Under the pieces are notes generated by a model. That model ran no database searches, was not told the origin of the DNA, and saw only the letters and a program-made list of their open reading frames with translations. A program made the position numbers and the translations under genes. Below are positions 36,698 through 46,213 of a stretch of DNA of 64,000 nucleotides, one piece after another. Location: positions 28,188 to 92,187 of the IMG/VR virus record IMGVR_UViG_3300021959_004274. The stretch is one strand, 5' to 3'. Source of the stretch: a virus. Numbering within the stretch: the first letter of the stretch is position 1; every line of letters begins with the position of its first letter.

Positions 36698-37204
36698 TTA
36701 CTCTTTTGGGTCATCTTTTCTAAGTAACTCTTTTAGTAATTCGTTACGATCAAGTATATGACCGTGCCCTTCTTCAACTTCTTCACCTTTTTTATGTGTA
36801 AGCTGTCTTTCTTTTTGATCTAGCTGTGCTTTTTTAAGTTGTAGATCAATCATACGTAACTTTTTGTTTAGTTTTGCTGTTTTTGCTGTGATAGCATGTC
36901 CTAATAGCCCACTAGCAACACCAAAAATCTCTGACGAAAAGCGACTATCCACATTCATACCCAAATCCATTAAGTCCTTGTACGATGATTTAGCAAGTTC
37001 AGCTAGTTCATCCATTTCGCCATCGCCGGCTTCTAGCCCTTTAACAGCAGGTAGTGCATCTTCAATTTTTTCTATATTTGAAAGTGTTTCTTGTGGAAGT
37101 TGTGGTTTGCCATTAGTCTCCTGAGGTAGAGGTTCAGTAACATCAATACTATCTTCCTTTTCGTTAGTATCTAAATTAAAAATTTCTTCTAGTTTTTTTG
37201 TCAT
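36698..37204 (-). CDS. gp16: Terminase small subunit-like
   Basis: Helical coiled coil, C-terminal DRNELLKEL; context. Confidence 0.6.
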   Translation of the reverse strand: MTKKLEEIFNLDTNEKEDSIDVTEPLPQETNGKPQLPQETLSNIEKIEDALPAVKGLEAGDGEMDELAELAKSSYKDLMDLGMNVDSRFSSEIFGVASGLLGHAITAKTAKLNKKLRMIDLQLKKAQLDQKERQLTHKKGEEVEEGHGHILDRNELLKELLRKDDPKE

Positions 37205-37638
37205 TATCTTGCACCACTTCTAAAAATATCTTCTTCTGTAACTACTCTAAAACGTAGTCCGTTTTGTTTACACCACTTAGCGGCCTGTTCCCATTTAGCA
37301 TGATTAATTGCTACAGTTTCTGCTAGTCTACGATTCTGGTTTTTACTTTCTATAATACTTTGATTCTTAGGCTTAATTTCTACCAGCTCTGTTATTAATT
37401 TACCTGTTTTGTCTTGGTACTGAACTAAAAAGTCAGGTATGTAGTTTGTCTGTTTACCTGTAAACGGGTGTATATAGGGGATTTTAACGCATTCACTAGC
37501 CCATTTGACTACACTAGGATGACTGTCACAAAATTGCATGAAAGCACTTTCCCAACTAGATCTGAATGTAGGCATTCTACTACCTACAAACTTTTCTGGG
37601 TTTTTTACAGTAAATTTGCCTTTGTGAAATTTGGCCAT
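37204..37638 (-). CDS. gp4: Head completion nuclease (TnsA-like)
   Basis: RSSWE, WASE, YIPDF, VEIKP, KWEQA, TE. Confidence 0.88.
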   Translation of the reverse strand: MAKFHKGKFTVKNPEKFVGSRMPTFRSSWESAFMQFCDSHPSVVKWASECVKIPYIHPFTGKQTNYIPDFLVQYQDKTGKLITELVEIKPKNQSIIESKNQNRRLAETVAINHAKWEQAAKWCKQNGLRFRVVTEEDIFRSGAR

Positions 37639-37641
37639 TTA

Positions 37642-38001
37642 CTATACCTGCACATTTCTGGCAGCATAGTAATTAGGTTGTTGAACTACACTGACACCAA
37701 TAAGAGTTGACTTTGATCTTAATCCATTAAGATAGTATGCTAGAGTAGCATTCACAGTAACGCCGTCTTGGCCTTTGAATTCTTCTAAAAGTTCTAGTGG
37801 TGGTTTTTCGTAACCTGTTGCAATTTGAAAAAACACTGCTGTAAAATCATCAGCAATTTTTGCATCACGAAATGTTTGTGCAAAGAATCCTCTAACAATA
37901 TCATATTCGTTAGGGTTTACTTTGATTTCTTTTTTATAAAAATTGTCAAAGATTAAATAAGATGAATCAGACGTTGATTTTTTTACGTTAACTGTTCCCA
38001 T
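37642..38001 (-). CDS. Hypothetical late protein
   Basis: ORF, late box. Confidence 0.65.
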   Translation of the reverse strand: MGTVNVKKSTSDSSYLIFDNFYKKEIKVNPNEYDIVRGFFAQTFRDAKIADDFTAVFFQIATGYEKPPLELLEEFKGQDGVTVNATLAYYLNGLRSKSTLIGVSVVQQPNYYAARNVQV

Positions 38002-38022
38002 GTTTATATTTAACCTTTAAAA

Positions 38023-39396
38023 TTATTGCCCTGTTATTTTAGTAGAGCTATCAACAAAAGTATCTTTTTCTGTTACTAGTGCGGCTACTTTTGGTTGATC
38101 TTGACCTACAACAGGATTGTTAACTGCTGTAGCTACGCCAACATTTTGACCGTTACTTGTTACATTGTCTGTAGTTTTTGGTGTTTGCGTTCCTCCTGGT
38201 GATGGGTTAGAACCAGTTTTTACACCTACTGTGGCCACTGTTGCTGGTTTTGTTTGTTTAATAGGAAACACTGTGCCGCCTGAAACAGGATTTCCTGTAG
38301 TTTTTTTAACAGTATTTCTTACTTCTTGATTGACTTCTTCTTTAAATGTGTCACCAGGACTATCCATATTTTTATAAGTGTAAATTGCACGTCCAGCTTT
38401 TGCCGCGGCTCCTAATAGGTTACCTGAACTTAAATCTTCAAATGCACCAACACCTGCATCTAGTAAACCGCCCTGGCCAAAGAAGGAGTTAGTAGAGCCT
38501 GGACGACTTAATGCACTTGGTTCGGTATCATAATGTTCTTGACTTCCAAAGCCTGGAACTTGACCTGTACCAATAGCACCACTACCGTACTTGACTGACT
38601 CATACTTGATCGACATTGAGTTAGTCATTGTATCGCCACCTGCTGAATAATCATAAGTGTCGTGTCTAAAGTCTGTAATAATAGGATTTACTAGTGTGTA
38701 CGAAACAAAACTGTGTTGGTTGAATCCATAAATTGTAATATCTTTAAAGAACTGTGGCTTATTACGGGCACCACTAACACCTTCGCCAATATAACCCCAG
38801 TCGTTACCAATTCTATCTGGAGCATAAATGTCTCTTGCATTTTGGTCTGCTGAGTTACCAGGGCCGCTAAATGCACTAGTTTCTCCCATTACTCTACCTA
38901 AGTCAATAGGTAAAAGCCCGTTTAAGAAGTTTGACATTGATGAACCTGCATTTGTATTTGTTGATTGTGTTGATTGATTACCACCATAGCCCTGACTAGG
39001 ATCTTTATAAAAGTAATTGTAGTAACTAAACCATAATGATCTTACTATATCACTGTTGTCATCATGAAATTCAATCTGTACTGGTTCGTAATTGATTTTT
39101 GTTTGTACGTTACGTTTTCTATTATATGAATTTAATGTATCAACATCAAACGTATAACTTGGTAATTGTACTGTTTTTGTAAGAACACTTATTCGTGAAC
39201 TATCTCTGGCACCAAAAAGTTTGGTTAACCCAGGTATTTCAGTTGTATTAATATTGAAATACACATGGAAGAGGAATTTGAGTCTAGGTGCGTTAGCATA
39301 GCCAGCTGACCTAAAGGTCTTGCTGGCGTGCCTGTAATCTTTTAAGTAGTCGCTACCCAGGAACCCCTTCAGAACGTTGTCGAAGAAGCCTGCCAT
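38023..39396 (-). CDS. Tail-tube-fold baseplate/tube initiator (gp48/gp54-like)
   Basis: VQLPSY..., YEPVQIEFHDD; follows tube gene. Confidence 0.6.
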   Translation of the reverse strand: MAGFFDNVLKGFLGSDYLKDYRHASKTFRSAGYANAPRLKFLFHVYFNINTTEIPGLTKLFGARDSSRISVLTKTVQLPSYTFDVDTLNSYNRKRNVQTKINYEPVQIEFHDDNSDIVRSLWFSYYNYFYKDPSQGYGGNQSTQSTNTNAGSSMSNFLNGLLPIDLGRVMGETSAFSGPGNSADQNARDIYAPDRIGNDWGYIGEGVSGARNKPQFFKDITIYGFNQHSFVSYTLVNPIITDFRHDTYDYSAGGDTMTNSMSIKYESVKYGSGAIGTGQVPGFGSQEHYDTEPSALSRPGSTNSFFGQGGLLDAGVGAFEDLSSGNLLGAAAKAGRAIYTYKNMDSPGDTFKEEVNQEVRNTVKKTTGNPVSGGTVFPIKQTKPATVATVGVKTGSNPSPGGTQTPKTTDNVTSNGQNVGVATAVNNPVVGQDQPKVAALVTEKDTFVDSSTKITGQ

Positions 39397-39401
39397 TTAT
39401 A

Positions 39402-40019
39402 TTAGCCTGTTACTACTGAACCTAGTGCTCTACCAACGCCAACACCTACGCCACTACCTAGTGGTGTTTGTACTGCGTTATCAAATCTAATGTTTAGTGT
39501 AACTGTTGCTGGTGCTGACTCACTGTATGATAAGTCATTATAGTTAACTGTTGTTAAATAGCAACCATATAGTTCCCATGTTTCTAAAACTACTGGTTCG
39601 TTAGCGCCATTACCACCGTCTAATACTTCGCAACGTGTTAGGAATTTATAGTCAATACCTGCTGAAGCAGAAGCTTGTTCCATAAAGTCATATTGTTTCT
39701 GTAATTGTTCGCCAACTAATTTAGCAACGTTACCGCCTGCATCATCACGTAAATTAACTGTTGCATCACCCCAAGTATGTTTACCAGCCATTCTCATTTT
39801 TGAGTTGTAAAGATCGATAGTGATATCGTCAAAACTAACTTCAGGTCTAGTAAAGTCAATAACTTGTTTTGTCATTTCAGTTCTTGGTGTTGATACACCA
39901 AAGTTTTCAAATACCGTTCTGAAGCGATATTTGAGTTTAGGCATTAATAAGCCTTGTGTACTAGCACTCTGATCACTCGCTAAAGGAACAGTCATTCTTG
40001 TTAAAGATGAAACCGCCAT
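39402..40019 (-). CDS. gp19: Tail tube protein
   Basis: YRFR, AGKHTW, WELYGC; follows sheath. Confidence 0.85.
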   Translation of the reverse strand: MAVSSLTRMTVPLASDQSASTQGLLMPKLKYRFRTVFENFGVSTPRTEMTKQVIDFTRPEVSFDDITIDLYNSKMRMAGKHTWGDATVNLRDDAGGNVAKLVGEQLQKQYDFMEQASASAGIDYKFLTRCEVLDGGNGANEPVVLETWELYGCYLTTVNYNDLSYSESAPATVTLNIRFDNAVQTPLGSGVGVGVGRALGSVVTG

Positions 40020-40068
40020 TTTTAAATCTCCTTCTTGGTTATGCTAATATTTATCATCTGACAATCAC

Positions 40069-40092
40069 AAAAAATGGCACCGAAGTGCCATT
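40069..40092 (-). terminator. Terminator with C(UUCG)G tetraloop after sheath
   Basis: AATGGCAC-TTCG-GTGCCATT-TTTT. Confidence 0.85.
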
Positions 40093-40119
40093 ATCTGCGT
40101 ATATAATGATTATACTATT

Positions 40120-43100
40120 TTATAAATTACCTGCTTCAATATCGCCAGTATTTTTAATTCTTACTGGAATATAAATAAACTCAACTGCTTTAGTTGGTTC
40201 AATAGCAATATCAATATAAAGTTCATTTCTATCAATACGTGCTGGTGTGTTGTTTGTTTCATCACAAACAACTAGGTAATCGTAAATACCACGTTTAGCA
40301 GTAACATCGTTTAATAGTTGCTCAATTGCACCTTTAACTTCATCACGTGTGATCTTGTCGTTTGGTTCAAACATCCAGTTTTTACCAACTGCTTCAAGTT
40401 TCTTACGTAAGTAAGCAACTAAACGTGACACGTTAATTCTGTCTAGTGCTGATGAAGCACCTGCAACAGTTTTGTTACCATAGTTAGTTAAACCACTACC
40501 TGGAATAAATGTTAGTGGATTAACTCTGTTTTCGTATAATGTATCTCTTGCTGATTCTCTGTTAGCAACTTGTACAAAGTCACCTGTTTGAGCGTCAACA
40601 TAACCTAATGCTGATACGTTATCAATTAAGCCACGTCTGTTACCAGCCGGTGCTAACCATGGATAACCAATTTCGTCATTTCTAATAATTGTTCTTAACA
40701 TCGCATGTGATGCTGGAACAACCACTGAGTTACCTGATAAGTCGTTTGCTCTACCTGATGGGTAAAACACAGCCGCATATGGATCGTTAGTAACCAAACC
40801 GTCTTCTGAATCAGTTCCTAAACCGCCTGCGTCTGTTGCCCAGTTAATTATTTCTTCTGAATTGTCTGACAATCTAAACGGTGTATCACCAACAACAAAA
40901 CCAGTGTTGTTTCTGTCGTTGTTTAATAGCACCATGTTTTGCATTAATTCAGGATAACCTGGACATGCTAATAAGTTAAAGTCTCTTTGTTCTTCACGGA
41001 TTGCTGTATTTGTGTCAATACCTGCTTTAAGAGCCGCTACAACTAATTGACGTTGTGCTTTTCTGCCCATGTATGGTGAACCATCTGCACGATTTCCTGA
41101 AACAGTTACCCATGCATCTTTCTGTGATGGTAATGTATCATCAGGGAATGTTGTGCTGTTAAAGTAGTTTACTTTATATTCTTTAACGTTGTAACCTGAA
41201 CGTCTTGTATTGAATAACAATGTACCTGCTGGATATAATGCTGGAGTTGGTGCATCAATATCTAAATAGTTACTTGTTGTTAACGCAGTAATTGTTGCTA
41301 TGTCGCCTGTAATAGGATCAACTGTACCTGCTGTTGACCAACGAGCATCTGCAAATACAATACCGTTTTCAGTTGTTTGATCAGCGTTATCAATAGTTAC
41401 CCATTGATCTGTACCATCAACAGCCTCCCAACGTTTAATTAATGGATAGTTTTCTAAATCTGAAGTATCTAACCATAAGTCACCGTATGCTAATGCTGTT
41501 TTAGCAGTATCGTTTTGTGTAGTAGGAGCACTTGCACCAACTTGGATACCTTTAGCATTGGTATTTGATAAATCAAACCCACGTACATCATTAGTTACGT
41601 TTCTATAACCTTTCCAGTTTGAACCATCATGTATCATAACATCTACTTCATCAATTGCTGAATAGTACCATTTTGTACCATTTGCTGGATCTTGTGTTGG
41701 TTCAGAACCTTTTGCTTCATATGTTAATGTATTCCAGTTTGAAATAATTACACTCAGAAGATCTGCTGATGATCTCATGTTGCCTGATAATTGTGAAATA
41801 CCAGTTACGCCATACGCATCCTGTGTTGGTGTACCAACTGTGTCTGTAATTTTAATTACTCCACCTTGTGTATGTTTGATTGTTAAGTAACCATCTGTTA
41901 CACTAGCAACTGTATTAGCAACGTTAGCCGCATTAAATGCCGCCGCATAGTCAGCAATAGTAGTACCTGATAGTGTAGCAGTTACTGGAGTTGACATTGT
42001 AGTTGAACCTTTAACACTTGCTGAAATAGTAAATGCGTCAGCGTTTGTCATTGTAGGACTTACTACAGTTGATGTGGCTACTGTGTCACCTGTTTGTGAA
42101 CGTACATGTAATTTTAATGTAGCAGTGTAGTTTTCTGACCAATCTAAGTAGCCGTATACAACACCTGCTGAAATGTTTCTACCGCCACCAGCGGCATCAA
42201 GTTCTTTGTTTGCTGTGGCATCATCAGCATATAAAGGAACTGTTAATGTAGCCCATGAGTCTGTGTTTACATCATATTGTTTAACAACAATGTTAGCACC
42301 TTGGTTAACTGAAGTTGTTTTCTGCCATAAAGATCCTGTTGGTCTTGGAGCAGTATCAGTTGTTTTCCAACGTGGTAATTCTGTGTGTTTTCCTTGTACA
42401 AATTCAGGAGCGTAATATGTTCCTGCTGTAATACCTAAATCTGTTAACAGTGTACCTGTACCGTTAGCAATAGTCCATGCGCCGTCTGCTGATGAACCTT
42501 CTGGAGTTACGTCTGAGTCAGCATAAATTTCTAACTTACCGTTAACAGCCGCGGCTGTTATACCTGTAATATTATTTGAATTAATTTCTGCCGCTAATGT
42601 TGTAACTGTAGTACCTGTTGAAGTAACAGTTGTGCCATTAATCACTAAAGTATGACCACCTGTTAACACTGGGTTTGTTGTACTACTTTGCACTGAGTAG
42701 TGAGCATTTTGCCAATCGTCTGAACCAACTAACACCCATGTGTTATCTGATTTTTTATAGTAGACAGGGTTTGATGCGTTTGTTGTAACAACAGCATAAT
42801 CACCAATTGCACCAACTGATGAGTTAGGCACACCTGCTGTTACATCATCTGTTGATGTAATAGCTATTGGTTTTTTGTTTGTAAATTTACCTGTTGTTTT
42901 GCTCCACTCAAATAGACCCCATTCTGTTTCTGTAGTGTCTAACCAATATGAGTTATCGTCTGCATCGCCTGCTGGACGAGTTAATCTTGCTGTTAAGCCT
43001 GCTAAGTCAATATCAACACGTTGAATATAAGCTCTGTTAGAAACACCTAACACTGAGTGAGCCGCTAATAAACCATATTCATTTAATTCATAACCGTTAA

Positions 43101-43350
43101 GCGGAGTACCACTTGTCGTTGAATAAAAGAATGGATTACCATATAGTGTTGCTAATTCTCTTTGGCTAGTAATTAATTGTACTTTGTTTGCGTTAGCCGC
43201 AGTTGTTGCTGAAGCTACGCCAGTTCCTGTACCACTTATCTTGTTTTGTGCTGTTGCGATAAGCATGTATGGAATCGAATTTGATGCGGAAGGTAAGTAT
43301 TGACTTTCGTCAACTATACTTACTTCTACGCCTGGGGATACTAATGCCAT
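40120..43350 (-). CDS. gp18: Tail sheath protein
   Basis: MALVSPGV, WLAPAGNRRG, RINVSRL, FEPND, CDETNN, EFIYIP. Confidence 0.95.
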   Translation of the reverse strand: MALVSPGVEVSIVDESQYLPSASNSIPYMLIATAQNKISGTGTGVASATTAANANKVQLITSQRELATLYGNPFFYSTTSGTPLNGYELNEYGLLAAHSVLGVSNRAYIQRVDIDLAGLTARLTRPAGDADDNSYWLDTTETEWGLFEWSKTTGKFTNKKPIAITSTDDVTAGVPNSSVGAIGDYAVVTTNASNPVYYKKSDNTWVLVGSDDWQNAHYSVQSSTTNPVLTGGHTLVINGTTVTSTGTTVTTLAAEINSNNITGITAAAVNGKLEIYADSDVTPEGSSADGAWTIANGTGTLLTDLGITAGTYYAPEFVQGKHTELPRWKTTDTAPRPTGSLWQKTTSVNQGANIVVKQYDVNTDSWATLTVPLYADDATANKELDAAGGGRNISAGVVYGYLDWSENYTATLKLHVRSQTGDTVATSTVVSPTMTNADAFTISASVKGSTTMSTPVTATLSGTTIADYAAAFNAANVANTVASVTDGYLTIKHTQGGVIKITDTVGTPTQDAYGVTGISQLSGNMRSSADLLSVIISNWNTLTYEAKGSEPTQDPANGTKWYYSAIDEVDVMIHDGSNWKGYRNVTNDVRGFDLSNTNAKGIQVGASAPTTQNDTAKTALAYGDLWLDTSDLENYPLIKRWEAVDGTDQWVTIDNADQTTENGIVFADARWSTAGTVDPITGDIATITALTTSNYLDIDAPTPALYPAGTLLFNTRRSGYNVKEYKVNYFNSTTFPDDTLPSQKDAWVTVSGNRADGSPYMGRKAQRQLVVAALKAGIDTNTAIREEQRDFNLLACPGYPELMQNMVLLNNDRNNTGFVVGDTPFRLSDNSEEIINWATDAGGLGTDSEDGLVTNDPYAAVFYPSGRANDLSGNSVVVPASHAMLRTIIRNDEIGYPWLAPAGNRRGLIDNVSALGYVDAQTGDFVQVANRESARDTLYENRVNPLTFIPGSGLTNYGNKTVAGASSALDRINVSRLVAYLRKKLEAVGKNWMFEPNDKITRDEVKGAIEQLLNDVTAKRGIYDYLVVCDETNNTPARIDRNELYIDIAIEPTKAVEFIYIPVRIKNTGDIEAGNL

Positions 43351-43465
43351 AATATTTTTCCTCTTGTATAAATCAGTTCTTTTAACTGTTACGAATATTT
43401 ATGCTATTAGCCCTAAAACTGCCTGTTTAAAGTGCCTTTGCAAAGGTTTTGCTATAAATACCTAC

Positions 43466-43813
43466 ATGAATCGCCCTATATGCAAGGCTTGTAACCATCA
43501 CCCAGCCGCTATTAACTATAAGAAGGAAGGTAAGACACATTACCGTAGCCGTTGTGCGATCTGCATAAACAAACATCGTAAAATTAAAACACCTACACCT
43601 AGGTGGTTAATCAAAGGATATAAGAAAAAATTAAACTGTGATATTTGTAGTTTTAGAGCAAAGCACGGTAGTCAAATACAAGTCTACCATATAGATGGAA
43701 ACTTAAACAATAACGAATTAATTAATTTAAGATCGGTTTGTTTAAATTGTGGTGTGATTATACAGAGGCAGGATTCAACATGGAAGCCTGGAGATCTTGC
43801 TCCAGATTCCTAA
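43466..43813 (+). CDS. Zn-binding HNH-like protein
   Basis: Four CxxC pairs; HIDGNLNNN...CLNC; TATAAATA upstream. Confidence 0.7.
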   Translation: MNRPICKACNHHPAAINYKKEGKTHYRSRCAICINKHRKIKTPTPRWLIKGYKKKLNCDICSFRAKHGSQIQVYHIDGNLNNNELINLRSVCLNCGVIIQRQDSTWKPGDLAPDS

Positions 43814-44444
43814 CAGACAATAGTTTTTCAATTTGAGCATACAAATCATCCATTGATCCATTATTATCTAAAGTAGCATCAAAGTCTGTACCAACCCAAT
43901 CGTATTCCGAACGGTGAATTTTATACACATGTTCTAAATTTTGTCTTGCGTTTGCTACTACTAATTTATCTGAAATGGTATTTGCTTTGATTGCTTCGGT
44001 ATACCAATTTGGTCTTTTACCTCTAACTACCTGGACGCAGACAGCACCTAAACTTTTTAGCATTTTAACTTCGTTTTTAAAACGTACATCGCTAATAACA
44101 ATATCATCATCTGTTTTACGTAGTTTGTTTTCTAAACTTGCTAACCACATATCATCGTGAAATTGTCCACGGATAACATCTGTTCCAACGTGCTGTAAAA
44201 TCCAACGTGGAGTTAGATGTGGAATGCCTAGCCGTTTTGCCCACCATTCATCTACTTGTTCTCTCCATTCGCGACTTGATTTGCTACGTCCTTCCAGCAT
44301 TTCACGGTCCCAACCAAATATTTCGCACATAGCATTTTTTAAGTTACCTGCAAAACTTTCTCTTCTAAACTCGTGTAAGTTAACAAGATAGTCTGCGACA
44401 GTATCTTTACCTGATCCTATAAGTCCGCTAATTGCTATGATCAT
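43758..44444 (-). CDS. gp1: Deoxynucleoside monophosphate kinase
   Basis: SGLIGSGKDT, SFA, PRWILQ, SDVRFKNE, HRSE. Confidence 0.9.
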   Translation of the reverse strand: MIIAISGLIGSGKDTVADYLVNLHEFRRESFAGNLKNAMCEIFGWDREMLEGRSKSSREWREQVDEWWAKRLGIPHLTPRWILQHVGTDVIRGQFHDDMWLASLENKLRKTDDDIVISDVRFKNEVKMLKSLGAVCVQVVRGKRPNWYTEAIKANTISDKLVVANARQNLEHVYKIHRSEYDWVGTDFDATLDNNGSMDDLYAQIEKLLSVRNLEQDLQASMLNPASV

Positions 44445-44965
44445 TTTAGTTTGTTTATCCCTAAGTGTTTGATACAGTCTTGTAGCATTGTAATTTGTCG
44501 TTTGCAATCATCTAGTGCATGATGACTAGCTGACTTGGGTTGAGGTAAATCTGGCCAAAGAGCATAAACAGTTCTAGCATCACGCACATGATAAAACTTC
44601 CACGGTAAAGGGATACCATGTTCTTTAAAAGCATGTTCTAATATGTTCATGTCAAAACAAATGCCATTTGCCCATATGCGATCACTTTGCCATATCAGTT
44701 TACCAAGTTCGTCTAAACAGTCGTGTAAATCTCTTCTACCTACTTCTTCAAACACTTCTCGCTGTGCTTCAGGTCCTTGTGTTGCCCACCATTCAATGGT
44801 AGTATCATCAACTTTACGATTTGGCTGACTATCTGTACTTACTCTAGCATAAAAGTGTCTGTCAGGCCATCCTGTAGATAATGGGTCAAATACCTGAGCC
44901 GCTATAGTCATAATCATAGCGTCTGGGCCTGTGCCTAGTGTTTCTATATCAATCATTAAATCCAT
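44441..44965 (-). CDS. DEDDh 3'-5' exonuclease (DexA/Rv2179c-like)
   Basis: DIETL, NGICFD, RDART, HHALDD. Confidence 0.85.
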   Translation of the reverse strand: MDLMIDIETLGTGPDAMIMTIAAQVFDPLSTGWPDRHFYARVSTDSQPNRKVDDTTIEWWATQGPEAQREVFEEVGRRDLHDCLDELGKLIWQSDRIWANGICFDMNILEHAFKEHGIPLPWKFYHVRDARTVYALWPDLPQPKSASHHALDDCKRQITMLQDCIKHLGINKLK

Positions 44966-44971
44966 ACTAGT

Positions 44972-45000
44972 ATTATACTACCAGTTGAATATTAAGTCAA
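44972..45000 (-). promoter_or_regulatory. sigma70 promoter TTGACT-17-TATAAT
   Basis: Near consensus; 6 nt before ATG. Confidence 0.8.
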
Positions 45001-45001
45001 C

Positions 45002-45412
45002 CTATTTAAACTTTTTTGGTTTACGTTGAGGACGTGTTGGACGTTTTGGATAAGAAGCACGTTTTTTAAACGGGTCTGTTGGTTTGCGTCTTTTTGATTG
45101 TGTGCGTTTTTGTAAGTCTCTACGATGAAACTGATTTAACGCCTGCATAATACGACTTGCTACATTTAGTTTTTTAGTTTTTTTAGCCCTACGTGCTTGT
45201 CTTACTTTAGTTCTGGCACGTGTTTTTTTCATTTGAGCACGTTTTTTTACATCAATGGCACCACCACAGTCTGATGGTTTGCCTACAATACGACCAGCTC
45301 TTGGACCAGTATCGCAACGCCATTTCATTTTAACCTTGGCTGAACCACCAGCACCACCTTTGCCTGTACGTGCAAAGATTTGGCCTTCACCAATAATTTC
45401 AAATATTTTCAT
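45002..45412 (-). CDS. Highly basic protein (MKIFEIIGE N-terminus)
   Basis: Lys/Arg-rich; coupled to gp13. Confidence 0.7.
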   Translation of the reverse strand: MKIFEIIGEGQIFARTGKGGAGGSAKVKMKWRCDTGPRAGRIVGKPSDCGGAIDVKKRAQMKKTRARTKVRQARRAKKTKKLNVASRIMQALNQFHRRDLQKRTQSKRRKPTDPFKKRASYPKRPTRPQRKPKKFK

Positions 45413-46167
45413 TAACCAATTACCCAAGTAAGTGGTTGTGAGTGGTCTGTGTATGTTGCTAGTTCGTCAATTAGTCTGTCCATTTCTGCTTGTGCTTCTG
45501 ATTTAAGTGCAGAACCATTTAAAGCAGTACCACCTTGTGGACCAGCAATTGAAGCAAATTTTTCTCTAGCTTCACCTATGATCATTTTACTTGCGGCAAA
45601 TGTATAATCTCTTAACCACTGCTTCATAGCATTGTCTTGTAGTAAAATAATTTCTGGTTTTAAGTTATATGTCCAAAGTAATATTTTTTCACCTGATGAT
45701 TTAGGATCCCTAACTAGATTTAATTGTTTTGTTACAGGATTAAATGTATAATTCATGTAGCCACCAAACATTCTTGCGGCCATTTCAACGTATTGAGTGT
45801 ACATATCATATGTTGCTAATCCGCCGCCATATGAATAGTTTAGCAAATAAACGTTTAATGTTGCAGAACTAAATGGGTCAAAACTTGATGAGTAAGGGCC
45901 TGTAGCGTCTCCCATAGTACGTCTAAACACTTGTCTAACTGAACTAACTTCTTGCGGAAGTGTGTAAGTGTTTTGATTTTCTTGCATTTCTAAAACAGCA
46001 TAACTTTCCTCATAGGCATTTTGAGCTCTTTGTCTGTAAGTAGTTAATGCTTTACTGTATGCTACTTCATAGTGATCAGGATCTAATTCAACGTCAACAA
46101 TACCGCCACCAAGGCGTTTCTCAACATAGTTGAATAGTTCATCTTTTAATGTAGTTAAATCTGCCAT
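45412..46167 (-). CDS. gp13: Neck protein
   Basis: RLGGGIVDVEL, WLRDY, GEAREKF, GG..LNG. Confidence 0.85.
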   Translation of the reverse strand: MADLTTLKDELFNYVEKRLGGGIVDVELDPDHYEVAYSKALTTYRQRAQNAYEESYAVLEMQENQNTYTLPQEVSSVRQVFRRTMGDATGPYSSSFDPFSSATLNVYLLNYSYGGGLATYDMYTQYVEMAARMFGGYMNYTFNPVTKQLNLVRDPKSSGEKILLWTYNLKPEIILLQDNAMKQWLRDYTFAASKMIIGEAREKFASIAGPQGGTALNGSALKSEAQAEMDRLIDELATYTDHSQPLTWVIG

Positions 46168-46213
46168 TTATAGTTCTCCGTTAATAGTATTTATCAACTC
46201 GGCAGAGTATTGA

